Shown here in pieces: positions 46,265-55,636 of a stretch of 64,000 nt of DNA. Position 1 is the stretch's first letter. Every line of letters starts with the position of its first letter. Position numbers and translations under genes: made by a program. The notes below the pieces were generated by a model. That model did not search any database. It was given only the letters and a program-made list of their open reading frames with translations, and was not told the origin of the DNA. The stretch is from Promethearchaeia archaeon (GTDB taxonomy: Archaea; Asgardarchaeota; Lokiarchaeia; Sigyniarchaeales; SOKP01): contig JAHQWJ010000080.1 of NCBI GenBank assembly GCA_029856125.1, forward strand, positions 1 through 64,000. Reading direction: 5' to 3'.

Positions 46265-48676
46265 TTATTTTTTCGTTTTCTTCTTAAATTTGTAATAGAG
46301 AGTTTTATCTAGGATATTCCCAATTTTTTTGGCAATATCGTTGGAAATTTTGTAGCGTTCTCCTTCTATCATCTCTTTAATTTCTTCAGGATTCGGAGGT
46401 CGATTTAGCCTCTCAGAAAGTATATTATTAGTAAAAGCAGCTATTTCATGTTCTATTCTTTCTATATTGGGTAATTTCATATCTGGAACGAGGGATTTAA
46501 TTTTTTCGACCGCAAACAAATAAAACTCGCAGAATTTAGAAAAAATATCACCCTTTAATCCACTATGTAACTGAATTTGTTCGGTAAGTGTTTTTGTATC
46601 TTTTTCGCTCCAATAAAATTGACGTGGATTCATTCCACGGCGGCTAATTCCCATTAAATTTGATGTAATTTTACGTTCAATCCAATTAAATGTGCTTTCA
46701 TGACGTAATTTAATCAATTCTTTTTTCTTATCGTCCTTTATTTTCTTTTTTTCTACATTCGCACTTTCAATTTTAAGTTTTTCTAATTCTGCTAATTCTT
46801 CAAATCTTTTTATTAGATCGTAAGCTATACAATAGGATACAGGAGATACTAAATCCGCTCTTAGTTTTAAAGGTGATATGTCTTTATAAACATAACTTTC
46901 TTGGCTCTTTAACTCTGTCATACTTTCTTTCAGAGTTTTTATCTTCAAACGTGATAATATAAAACCATTTACAAGAAAAACTTGATTAACAGCATTAAAA
47001 ATTACTGCTAGTTCTTTTTGTCTTTTCATAATTCTCTCGATACTTAATTCCTCCAGTTTAACTTGAACCCAATCTTCAATACCTTTGTTTTCAATAACCG
47101 TCATTAGAGCCCGGGAGTAGATCGCCTTATCATTTGAAATAATACCATACAATTCTATTATCCTACTTAATTGTCTTAGAATTTTCGACAATAAATTGTA
47201 AAATAAATCTGTTACTATATTACTTAGTATCTCATCATAGTCAAGAAGAAGAATTATTTGAGAGTAATTGCTTAAATTCAAACCTTGAAAGAAAATCTTG
47301 TCGATAGTTTGTTTTTTCCTTACAAACTCTCTCAGATCGTTTATAGAAAATCCAGTTTTATTTTCTAAAATATCCCATAACTCGTCATATTCTGTTTCAT
47401 TTCTATAGAGAATTTTAAATAAATCAAATTCAACATTATCAGCAACTTTTGTAATAAATTTCTCAAGATACGGAAATTTCATGCTACATAATGCTTTTTT
47501 TGCCACATTGATCAAATTTTTTTGATTGTCATTTAATAGGATTAGATCTTGTTTTTTTATATTATATCTTATCATGCTTTTCTGTACATTTTCAGCTAAC
47601 TCATAATCAACATTCATTAAGTGTAAGGTATCCTTAATTCCTCTTTTATTAAGTAAAAAAATAGCATCCTCAAAACTTGATTCATTTAAACTTTGAAGGA
47701 AGTAGATAAAATCATTTGGATTTTTTTTTAACTGCTTAATTAGAGCAATTTTTAATTCTGAAAGAATATTATTTTCAAATTCATCATATTTTAGATCTTC
47801 TTTAAACGCGTTTTCAATTGATTTGATAGTTTCTTTTTTTAAATTATTCCCTTCGATAAAAGTTTTTAATCCAGATATAGATATAGGGAATTTATTTAAT
47901 TCATATTCCATTATGCGCTTTTTTATCATCCGGATAGGCATTGTTTGGATTTGTAATTCCTTATAGGATTTAAATTCAAATTGGTTTTGCATCCTCTCAA
48001 TTATTCTATTTAGAGTAAAAACTTCAATGAATTGGTCTTCCTTCTCTTCCTTTTCTAATTGTTCTTCAATTGGAAGCGAGATGCCTTTAAACGCAGCGCT
48101 TTCTTCTAAAATTTCCTGTTTTATGATTTCATTTAAGCCAATAATATCTCCTACAAAATCGTAAAAATAATAGGATGGTGATTTGGATATAATGTTCAAT
48201 AGTTCTCGTTCAATTTGAATTTCAATATCCTCTATTCTTTTTCTTCTCTGAGATTGTTGTAGACTACCTAGCCTGTCTTCTATTAACAAAGATATGAACA
48301 TATTTTCTAAATTAATAATTTCATCAAATAGAGCTCTTTCTAATTCAAAAGAATTTTTTAAAAAAGTCTCAACTTCTTCCATTAGAATCTGTTTCTCTTC
48401 CATTTCAAGTTGTTTAGTCGAATCAACTGTCAACTTGTTAGTATCTAAAGATTCATCTACTTTTATACCCATATAATGATACAAATGAACTGCTGCAGTA
48501 GCGATTAGAAGAGAGCGTAAGGTAGGTTCTTTACGAATCAATTCGAAAATTTTTTCTTTATCAGCTTCTCTTTTCAAATGGGAAATTATTAAATCTACAG
48601 TCTGAAAAAACCTAGAGGCACTTTCAGTCGCTGTTGATTTTCTTTTTACTCCGCTTATCATAAATTTTTTATCCAC
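46265..48676 (-). CDS. Large alpha-helical hypothetical protein
   Basis: 803-aa ORF with genome-typical composition and no recognised motif; true start may be ATG 48661, overlapping the upstream stop. Confidence 0.8.
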   Translation of the reverse strand: MDKKFMISGVKRKSTATESASRFFQTVDLIISHLKREADKEKIFELIRKEPTLRSLLIATAAVHLYHYMGIKVDESLDTNKLTVDSTKQLEMEEKQILMEEVETFLKNSFELERALFDEIINLENMFISLLIEDRLGSLQQSQRRKRIEDIEIQIERELLNIISKSPSYYFYDFVGDIIGLNEIIKQEILEESAAFKGISLPIEEQLEKEEKEDQFIEVFTLNRIIERMQNQFEFKSYKELQIQTMPIRMIKKRIMEYELNKFPISISGLKTFIEGNNLKKETIKSIENAFKEDLKYDEFENNILSELKIALIKQLKKNPNDFIYFLQSLNESSFEDAIFLLNKRGIKDTLHLMNVDYELAENVQKSMIRYNIKKQDLILLNDNQKNLINVAKKALCSMKFPYLEKFITKVADNVEFDLFKILYRNETEYDELWDILENKTGFSINDLREFVRKKQTIDKIFFQGLNLSNYSQIILLLDYDEILSNIVTDLFYNLLSKILRQLSRIIELYGIISNDKAIYSRALMTVIENKGIEDWVQVKLEELSIERIMKRQKELAVIFNAVNQVFLVNGFILSRLKIKTLKESMTELKSQESYVYKDISPLKLRADLVSPVSYCIAYDLIKRFEELAELEKLKIESANVEKKKIKDDKKKELIKLRHESTFNWIERKITSNLMGISRRGMNPRQFYWSEKDTKTLTEQIQLHSGLKGDIFSKFCEFYLFAVEKIKSLVPDMKLPNIERIEHEIAAFTNNILSERLNRPPNPEEIKEMIEGERYKISNDIAKKIGNILDKTLYYKFKKKTKK

Positions 48677-50982
48677 TCTCTATAAACTTCCTTAAAATTG
48701 TCTGCAATATCATATTTTGCTTTATTGTGCCAGTATTTAAACTCAAAAACATGAAATAAGTCAGCGTTGAATAAGTCAATTTCTTCCGCAGTTAGTTCTT
48801 GTTTCAAAATCAAAGAAACTGGCCGAGGTATTAATTTTGAGAAATAACTGAGCTCCTTTTCCTTTACGTAATTATAAAATGTGTTCTGTTCATCAATACT
48901 AAGATATTTTTCAGGAGTGATTTTTTCTTGTTCAACTTTATATAAGTTAATTTCTTTTTCAACTTTATTTTGTACATACTTTGGAAATTCAGTTTTGATA
49001 CCAATACAAAACACATACTGTTTATAGAAATCTATTAAAATTTCTTTTTCTATGTCATTCGAAATTCTTAAAATATATTTGTCTAAAAATTTGAGGAACG
49101 TTTCTGGTTCTTGTTCGTCTGATTCTCGTTCTTCTAAATATTTTATAAATTCAAACAATGTTTCGTCTAAAGACCAATCTCGTATTTCTTCAATACTAAA
49201 AAAATTTTTAGCATAATCCTTTATCCATTCTAATATATATGTTTTCCAAGTTAAATTTATCGCTCCTATCCGCTTTTCTAAGAAACGATGGAATCTATTT
49301 GCAAAAGTTACTGGATCACTAATTTCTCCATCTGGTTCTTCTTTAAGAAAGCGATTTATCGTAGTATATCTCAGAATATAACTTAATAAATATTTTAATT
49401 CATCTGAGAAATGCTCAAATTTCTTTATATGTGAGTATATTAATTTTGAATCTTTTTCCATTTGGATTTCGGCGAAGGCAATTAAGTCACTAATGCTTAA
49501 ATTAATGCTATTAAAGAACGATTTGATGTTGTTATTTACTAACTTTTTAAATTCTTTGTTCAATACATCTTCGTTATAGGTACCAACTTTTAACAATACA
49601 ATTGGATTAATCTCTATCTGCGATATTAAATGTTGTTCGAATTTACTCAAAATATTTTGCCCTAAATTTTTAGAAGGTTTTTGTTCATTTTCAAATTTTT
49701 CGTGTAAAATTCTAATAAAGTGATAGGTCATGGTATTTAATCGATGGCGAGATAAGTATCGTGGAAACGAGTTTCTAATACAATTAATACTATTTTTAAC
49801 GACTTCTGCAAAGTAATTTATTACTGAATGTAATTCACTTGCCCTCAGCTTTCCTTCACTTATAATTGATAGAGTCATTGAACTTACAGCTAACTTGCTG
49901 ACATCCCTATAAAAATCAAGATTTTCTTCAGATTTGTCAATTATAAATGAGTTATATTTTTCTAACAACTCCGAGACATTCCCCAATTCGCCAGTTGTTA
50001 GGAAGTTCTTAGAAATTTTTAAAAAATTATCAACTTTGATATTTAAATCAGTTAACATCTTTTCCATATAAGAAATAATTTCGACACCAGAGAAGAGTTC
50101 TTGGTTTTTACTAAAACTTTCCTCGATTTTAGCAACAAAATATGATATAATTTTCTCTTGGATGTCATCTATTGTCCCAGTATTAGCTAATTTAAGTAAA
50201 TTGGTTCCTAGGATTAGTGTTTTTTCAACAATAAAATTTGCACTAGGCTCTGAAATAGCATATTTAAGGTGATCTATTGTTGACTTTCCAATATATGGCG
50301 ATTTTAGGCGATCATATTTTTGATCAGAAAATTTAATCTCAATGGGGCTTTTGTTCCAAAGATAATCTACATCCGTTCTTATAGATCCATAAGTAGACAA
50401 CATTCCTTTTTCAGTTGGTAAAGAAACACTTAAGCCTATTAGTTTTTTATTCCATTTATCCTCAATCAAATCTCCATAAAGTTTTTTGCTAAATCGAGTA
50501 GCAAATTTATTATAAACCTGAATTTTTTTTTGATGTTCTAATAATGGATGATTAGAAAACTCTTCTATTTCATAAAATAATTTACTTATATGATTAATTG
50601 ATTCTCTTGATTTGTGTGGATCTAAATATCCTGTTTCCGGTTTTAAAGCAAGTAATAAACTTTCACATTCCTTGTATTTACCGGGAATGAGTACCATCGA
50701 TTTTGGGTAAATATTCATTTGAGCGTCTTTTTGGTCGAAATTATACAATTCAAATTCTATTGAAAATACTTCAGAACCAGCAAAATCCCTCAGCATAGCA
50801 TTATACATTCGAAGATATGTTATTACCTCCTTAGAAAGCTCGTTAACCATTTCTTTAGTTAGTTTTCCAGGTCCTATTACATCTCCCGCTATTAAATCTG
50901 TTGGGCTAGAGTACCCAAAAATTAAAGAAAATTGAAAATTAATAGACTCACGTGTCGTTATCATAATTTCGTTTTTTTTCAA
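48658..50982 (-). CDS. Large hypothetical protein, coupled to the downstream gene
   Basis: 774-aa ORF, no recognised motif. Confidence 0.8.
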   Translation of the reverse strand: MKKNEIMITTRESINFQFSLIFGYSSPTDLIAGDVIGPGKLTKEMVNELSKEVITYLRMYNAMLRDFAGSEVFSIEFELYNFDQKDAQMNIYPKSMVLIPGKYKECESLLLALKPETGYLDPHKSRESINHISKLFYEIEEFSNHPLLEHQKKIQVYNKFATRFSKKLYGDLIEDKWNKKLIGLSVSLPTEKGMLSTYGSIRTDVDYLWNKSPIEIKFSDQKYDRLKSPYIGKSTIDHLKYAISEPSANFIVEKTLILGTNLLKLANTGTIDDIQEKIISYFVAKIEESFSKNQELFSGVEIISYMEKMLTDLNIKVDNFLKISKNFLTTGELGNVSELLEKYNSFIIDKSEENLDFYRDVSKLAVSSMTLSIISEGKLRASELHSVINYFAEVVKNSINCIRNSFPRYLSRHRLNTMTYHFIRILHEKFENEQKPSKNLGQNILSKFEQHLISQIEINPIVLLKVGTYNEDVLNKEFKKLVNNNIKSFFNSINLSISDLIAFAEIQMEKDSKLIYSHIKKFEHFSDELKYLLSYILRYTTINRFLKEEPDGEISDPVTFANRFHRFLEKRIGAINLTWKTYILEWIKDYAKNFFSIEEIRDWSLDETLFEFIKYLEERESDEQEPETFLKFLDKYILRISNDIEKEILIDFYKQYVFCIGIKTEFPKYVQNKVEKEINLYKVEQEKITPEKYLSIDEQNTFYNYVKEKELSYFSKLIPRPVSLILKQELTAEEIDLFNADLFHVFEFKYWHNKAKYDIADNFKEVYREWIKNL

Positions 50983-51199
50983 ATCTATTTTTATAAAAGA
51001 TAAAAATCATACATTTTAACCTTTAGCAATAGATTTTTTTTTAGCGTTTTGTGTTTTACTGCTTATCATTATTTTTCTATTATTAATTAATAATTGTGGA
51101 GAAGAAAAAATAAAGAAATAAAAAGTATCAATATTATATTAATAATACTTAAGTGAAGTAAAACCTCAAATAGTATTCTACCGTGGATGGTGATATGGA

Positions 51200-51607
51200 T
51201 TGGAGTTTGGTACAGACCTTGGAATTGGGCCCGATGAAATCGAAAAAATAAGTCCTCAAATTACTTTTATCACTTCAAACGCGGATATTGAAGCTATCGC
51301 TCTTGTGAGCTTGGAAGGTTATCAGATCGCTTTTTCAGCCCTTCCACAATATCAAGTTGACGGAGATCAGTTTTGTGGGCTAGCAAGTGCATTATTAATG
51401 ACTGGAAGTTCAACAATTAAAACACTATTTCAAGAAGATTTAAGTGAAATAATTGTGAGAGCTGAGAATGGTTATGTAATTGTAAGCAACGCAGGGCGTC
51501 TAGTAATCGTGTGTGCAGGAACGCTCATTGATACATTGATGAAAACTGTTAAAGTAATGAGGGTTGCTGCAAAGAATTTAGCTATGATTTTTGAACAAAA
51601 ACAATAA
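51200..51607 (+). CDS. Roadblock/LC7 (MglB-like) domain protein
   Basis: IEAIALVSLEG, LASALL, EIIVRAENGYVIV; TTG start 7 nt after GGTG. Confidence 0.9.
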   Translation: MEFGTDLGIGPDEIEKISPQITFITSNADIEAIALVSLEGYQIAFSALPQYQVDGDQFCGLASALLMTGSSTIKTLFQEDLSEIIVRAENGYVIVSNAGRLVIVCAGTLIDTLMKTVKVMRVAAKNLAMIFEQKQ

Positions 51608-51686
51608 AATCTGATTTTTTATTGAAGAATAAGTTTATAATGCTTCAAAAATACTTCTATAAATATACATTTTATGGTTAAAATCG

Positions 51687-51758
51687 ATGTTTACTAAAAT
51701 AAACCTCCTTAAATGTTGGCATGGACTATGGCGTTTTAAAACGCTCTTTCAACGGTAA
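51687..51758 (+). CDS. Putative Trp leader peptide MFTKINLLKCWHGLWRFKTLFQR
   Basis: 23-codon uORF with two TGG codons, ending 151 nt upstream of trpB2; TATA-like boxes at 51634-51641 and 51658-51665. Confidence 0.55.
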   Translation: MFTKINLLKCWHGLWRFKTLFQR

Positions 51759-51909
51759 AACCATAAATTTTGCTCTGACTACTTTTTAACATCATTTTTT
51801 AATAACAAGCATTGCACCTGCAATCAAGCATTATTATTATTGATTTCCAATTTTAAGATGAGACATCATTTAAATTTGATGATGAAAAAATAGTAAAAAG
51901 GAAATAAGT

Positions 51910-53310
51910 ATGACAGATTTTTATAATACAAGAATTTTACTTGAACCAAATGAAATACCAAAGGAGTGGGTTAATATCGTACCAGATTTACCTGCTCCCA
52001 TGACGCCCTTAATAAATCCCATGGATGGGAAACCTGCACCTCCTGAGCTTGCATTTGCGATATTTCCAAAGGAATGTGTACTTCAGGAAGTCTCTCAAGA
52101 ACCTACAATTCAAATTCCTAAGGAATTAAGGGAGCTTTATGTTAGATCTTATCGGCCAACACCGCTTCATAGAGCATATGGTTTAGAGAAAGAACTTGGA
52201 ATTGAAGGTGAAGATATCAAAATTTTCTATAAAAATGAATCGGTTTCTCCCACTGGATCTCACAAACCAAACACAGCTCTAGCTCAAGCTTACTATTCTA
52301 AAAGAGACGGGGTCGATGAATTGATAACCGAAACAGGAGCGGGTCAATGGGGTTCTGCTTTATCTTACGGCTGTAATTTGTTTGACATTAAGTGTACTGT
52401 TTACATGGTGAGAGCTAGCTTTATCCAAAAACCAGGAAGAAAAATACTGATGAGAGCTTTTAATGGTCAAGTTCATGCAAGCCCTTCAAAATTGACAGAC
52501 TCTGGAAAATATTATTATGAACAAGACCCAGATCATCCAGGAAGTTTAGGAATTGCTATATCTGAAGCGGTTGAACATAGTATGAGAAGTGAGAAGTCGA
52601 GATATTCTTTAGGTAGCGTTGTGAATTTCGTTCTTTTACATCAAACTATCATAGGACAAGAGGTTAAAGCACAACTACAAAAAGTTAACGCTAAACCTGA
52701 TGTTCTGGTTGGATGTATGGGAGGAGGGTCTAATTTAGGAGGTCTAATGATTCCTTTCGCGAAAGATAAATTAGATGGAAAATATCCTGATTTAGAGATC
52801 GTGGGAGTAGAACCCAGAGCTTGCCCAAGTGTCAACAAAGGAGAATATAGATGGGACTACGGAGATTCTGCTAAAAAAGCTCCAATTTTAAAAATGTATA
52901 CATTAGGCCATAATTTTATTCCAAGCCCAATTCATTCAGGAGGATTACGATATCATGGAATGGCTCCAATAATTTCGATATTGGCGAAAAAGAAAATAAT
53001 GTCCTCAGTCATGCATCACCAAACTGAAGTTATTGGATCAGGTTTACTTTTTGCGAAAACAGAAGGGATTCTGCCTGCGCCTGAAGCCGCCCACGCAATA
53101 AAAGAAGCGATTGATCAAGCGTTAAGAGCAAAAGAAAACTCCGAAAAGAAAACAATCGTTTTCTGCTTAAGTGGACACGGATTTTTTGATTTATTAGCAT
53201 ATAAGGAATATATGGTTGGTAATTTAGTAGATTACGAACTACCAAATGTTGAGATTCAAAAGGCTTTAAGCGCGCCAGATATGCCTAGTATTGACGAAAC
53301 TCGGTTTTAA
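51910..53310 (+). CDS. trpB2: Tryptophan synthase beta chain, stand-alone TrpB2 type
   Basis: RPTPLHRA, GSHKPNTA (PLP Lys), TETGAGQWGSAL, GSLGIAISEA, GGGSN, GGLRYHG, LSGHG. Confidence 0.96.
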   Translation: MTDFYNTRILLEPNEIPKEWVNIVPDLPAPMTPLINPMDGKPAPPELAFAIFPKECVLQEVSQEPTIQIPKELRELYVRSYRPTPLHRAYGLEKELGIEGEDIKIFYKNESVSPTGSHKPNTALAQAYYSKRDGVDELITETGAGQWGSALSYGCNLFDIKCTVYMVRASFIQKPGRKILMRAFNGQVHASPSKLTDSGKYYYEQDPDHPGSLGIAISEAVEHSMRSEKSRYSLGSVVNFVLLHQTIIGQEVKAQLQKVNAKPDVLVGCMGGGSNLGGLMIPFAKDKLDGKYPDLEIVGVEPRACPSVNKGEYRWDYGDSAKKAPILKMYTLGHNFIPSPIHSGGLRYHGMAPIISILAKKKIMSSVMHHQTEVIGSGLLFAKTEGILPAPEAAHAIKEAIDQALRAKENSEKKTIVFCLSGHGFFDLLAYKEYMVGNLVDYELPNVEIQKALSAPDMPSIDETRF

Positions 53311-53325
53311 ATAAAACATATAGCA

Positions 53326-53352
53326 TTTTTATAATTTTTTTTTTTTATTTTT
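53326..53352 (+). terminator. Oligo-T archaeal terminator-like tract after trpB2
   Basis: Three T runs, including one of more than 10 nt, just after the stop codon. Confidence 0.5.
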
Positions 53353-53404
53353 AATAAAGATTTTAAAATTTCTCAGATAATATCTAGAAGAAAACATAAA
53401 GAGA

Positions 53405-54499
53405 TTGTTATTTTTGGATACACTATCTATTATAATTACTAGTATTCTATATTTATATGGCTTGATTTCGCTTTATACTGCTTTTTTAGCAAAAAAAAGA
53501 AACGAAAAAGGGGCTTTCATTAATAACCTTGTAAATTCATTAATCCTCATTGTTAGCATTACAATTAATTTATTGATAAATTCTCTAAATATTTCTAATA
53601 TTGGGTTTATAGTATTTCCTTTTGACATATTTATGATAATTTTTATCATTTTTTTCTTACCTCATTTTTTATTATCTGTGAATAGAGAAAAAAGAAAAGT
53701 TAGATTAGAAGAGAAGCATACAGAAGAAGAAAATTCCAATTTGACTGAGGAACTACCTTTTAAATACGAACTTTACAGAAAATTAACTCATTTAGTAGTC
53801 TTAGGAATCGCTTTTTTCTATTTTACGCTTGGATTTTTAGTTCAAAATATTTTTATTTATATTCTAGAGCTTTTCCCTAATATTGTTTCTGAGTTCTTCT
53901 TCTCAATCTATAATATTGAAACTAACAAAATGATCTTTACTCAATATTTGGTAGTTTTTTTAGTTGGAGTATCTTTAATTGGGCTACTTACAGCAGATTT
54001 TATTAGAATTTTAAAACCAAACCTTTACCCTTTAAAACCAATTAACCGAATTCTTAGGAAAAAGGAGCGGCATATGAGATTAGGTCCACATATTTCTATG
54101 GGGATTGGTTGTTTTTCAATTATAATAATGTATGGCCCTTTTCAGCCTATTGGGCCAATTATTATATGTATTTCGATGACTATGTCTATTTTTGGAGATA
54201 TGGCTGCTAATTTGGTTGGAAGAAAATTCGGGCATAACAACATTCGAAAAACAAAAAAGACTTATGAGGGATTAATTGCTGGAATGAGCATAGCATACAT
54301 CTCAGGAATTATTACCATGCTATTTATAAATCAAATATATCCAATTAACCTTTTAAGTTTAATAATTCTTCCCGCTATTGGTACTCTTTTGATAGGATTT
54401 ATAGACTTCTTAGATTTGGATGTTGATGATAATTTATCATATAATTTTATGCTTTCAACTACTCTTTTCGTTATTTCTTTATTCATTTTAGGTTTATAA
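53405..54499 (+). CDS. CTP-dependent polyprenol/diacylglycerol kinase family membrane protein (Sec59/Dgk1/phytol kinase-like)
   Basis: ELYRKLTHL, FGDMAANLVGRKFG...KKTYEG, DDNL; multiple TM segments. Confidence 0.85.
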   Translation: MLFLDTLSIIITSILYLYGLISLYTAFLAKKRNEKGAFINNLVNSLILIVSITINLLINSLNISNIGFIVFPFDIFMIIFIIFFLPHFLLSVNREKRKVRLEEKHTEEENSNLTEELPFKYELYRKLTHLVVLGIAFFYFTLGFLVQNIFIYILELFPNIVSEFFFSIYNIETNKMIFTQYLVVFLVGVSLIGLLTADFIRILKPNLYPLKPINRILRKKERHMRLGPHISMGIGCFSIIIMYGPFQPIGPIIICISMTMSIFGDMAANLVGRKFGHNNIRKTKKTYEGLIAGMSIAYISGIITMLFINQIYPINLLSLIILPAIGTLLIGFIDFLDLDVDDNLSYNFMLSTTLFVISLFILGL

Positions 54500-54554
54500 A
54501 TTGAAGGATGTTATTAGCAAAATTTTTCAATCACAAAATTTTATTTAAAAGAAC

Positions 54555-55058
54555 ATGAGCGAAGAAAAATTAAAAATAGATAAAATAAAGAAAGGGACAG
54601 TTATTGACCATATTGATGGCGGTTACGCTTTAACCATTCTGAATTTAACTGGACTTGGAGAATCTCCTAATCTAATGACAATTGGTGTTAATGTTTCTTC
54701 AAAGAAATACAATAAAAAAGATATTATTAAAATTGAAGGTGTTTTTCTCAATCAAATTCAACTTCAGCAAATTTCGATCCTTTCTCCAAACTCAAAGATA
54801 TCCTTGATTGAAGATTATAAAGTAATTGAAAAAAAGAAAGTGAAACTCCCAGATATTATCAAAAGTCTTATTTTATGTCGAAGTAATACATGTATTTCAA
54901 ATTCTGGTGAACCCATTGATACAGAATTTAATGTTTTAGAAGAAAAACCATTGAAAATTCAATGTGTGTATTGCAACAGGATATATAAATTGGATGAAAT
55001 CGTTTTCAGTTCTAAAGAAAAAATTGAAAAAAGAGTAAAACAATCAATCAAACTGTAA
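54555..55058 (+). CDS. pyrI: Aspartate carbamoyltransferase regulatory chain
   Basis: GTVIDHI, KKDIIKIE, CRSNTCIS...CVYC. Confidence 0.95.
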   Translation: MSEEKLKIDKIKKGTVIDHIDGGYALTILNLTGLGESPNLMTIGVNVSSKKYNKKDIIKIEGVFLNQIQLQQISILSPNSKISLIEDYKVIEKKKVKLPDIIKSLILCRSNTCISNSGEPIDTEFNVLEEKPLKIQCVYCNRIYKLDEIVFSSKEKIEKRVKQSIKL

Positions 55059-55064
55059 AAAATT

Positions 55065-55484
55065 TTAGATAAAAGCTAAAAAGGTATGGGTAACTACCGT
55101 AACGAGCATAAATAACAAGAAAAATATGCCTATACCTGGTTTAATTATATTTTTCCAATTCCATTCTTCTTTATCGTATTGATATTTTAAGATAATAAAA
55201 CTAACAAAAAACGGAGTTAAAAACCAAAAACACAACATCCAAATAAACAACCCTAAACCCGAATATACTGGTAAAATCCCGAAAAACAACCTTCCTAATA
55301 AACCACTTAGCACTGCAGTAATTGCCCTAATCCAATAAAGTTTTGTTTCCTTCTCAAGCCGTATGTCAATCTTTTTTGTTGATTTTTTATCAATGTTAAT
55401 TTCTTGTTCAGGCTGTGATTTTCTCTTCTCTTTTATAAGTTTTTGCCGTTCTTTTTTAATGTTAATTCTTTTTGGTTTGGGCAT
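55065..55484 (-). CDS. EMC6/RAB5IF-like three-TM membrane protein
   Basis: LYWIRAITAVLSGLLG...GIGIFFLLF pattern, basic N-terminus. Confidence 0.55.
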   Translation of the reverse strand: MPKPKRINIKKERQKLIKEKRKSQPEQEINIDKKSTKKIDIRLEKETKLYWIRAITAVLSGLLGRLFFGILPVYSGLGLFIWMLCFWFLTPFFVSFIILKYQYDKEEWNWKNIIKPGIGIFFLLFMLVTVVTHTFLAFI

Positions 55485-55636
55485 AATTAGTATTATTAAT
55501 ATTATTTTTTTTATTAAAATTTTGAAATTTACACAGAGTATAAATTATATTTGTATCTGTGAAAAATGGAAAAATAGAAAAAAATGAATGCATGATTAAT
55601 AAATAAGAAAGCAATAATTTTTAACGATAATGCAAA

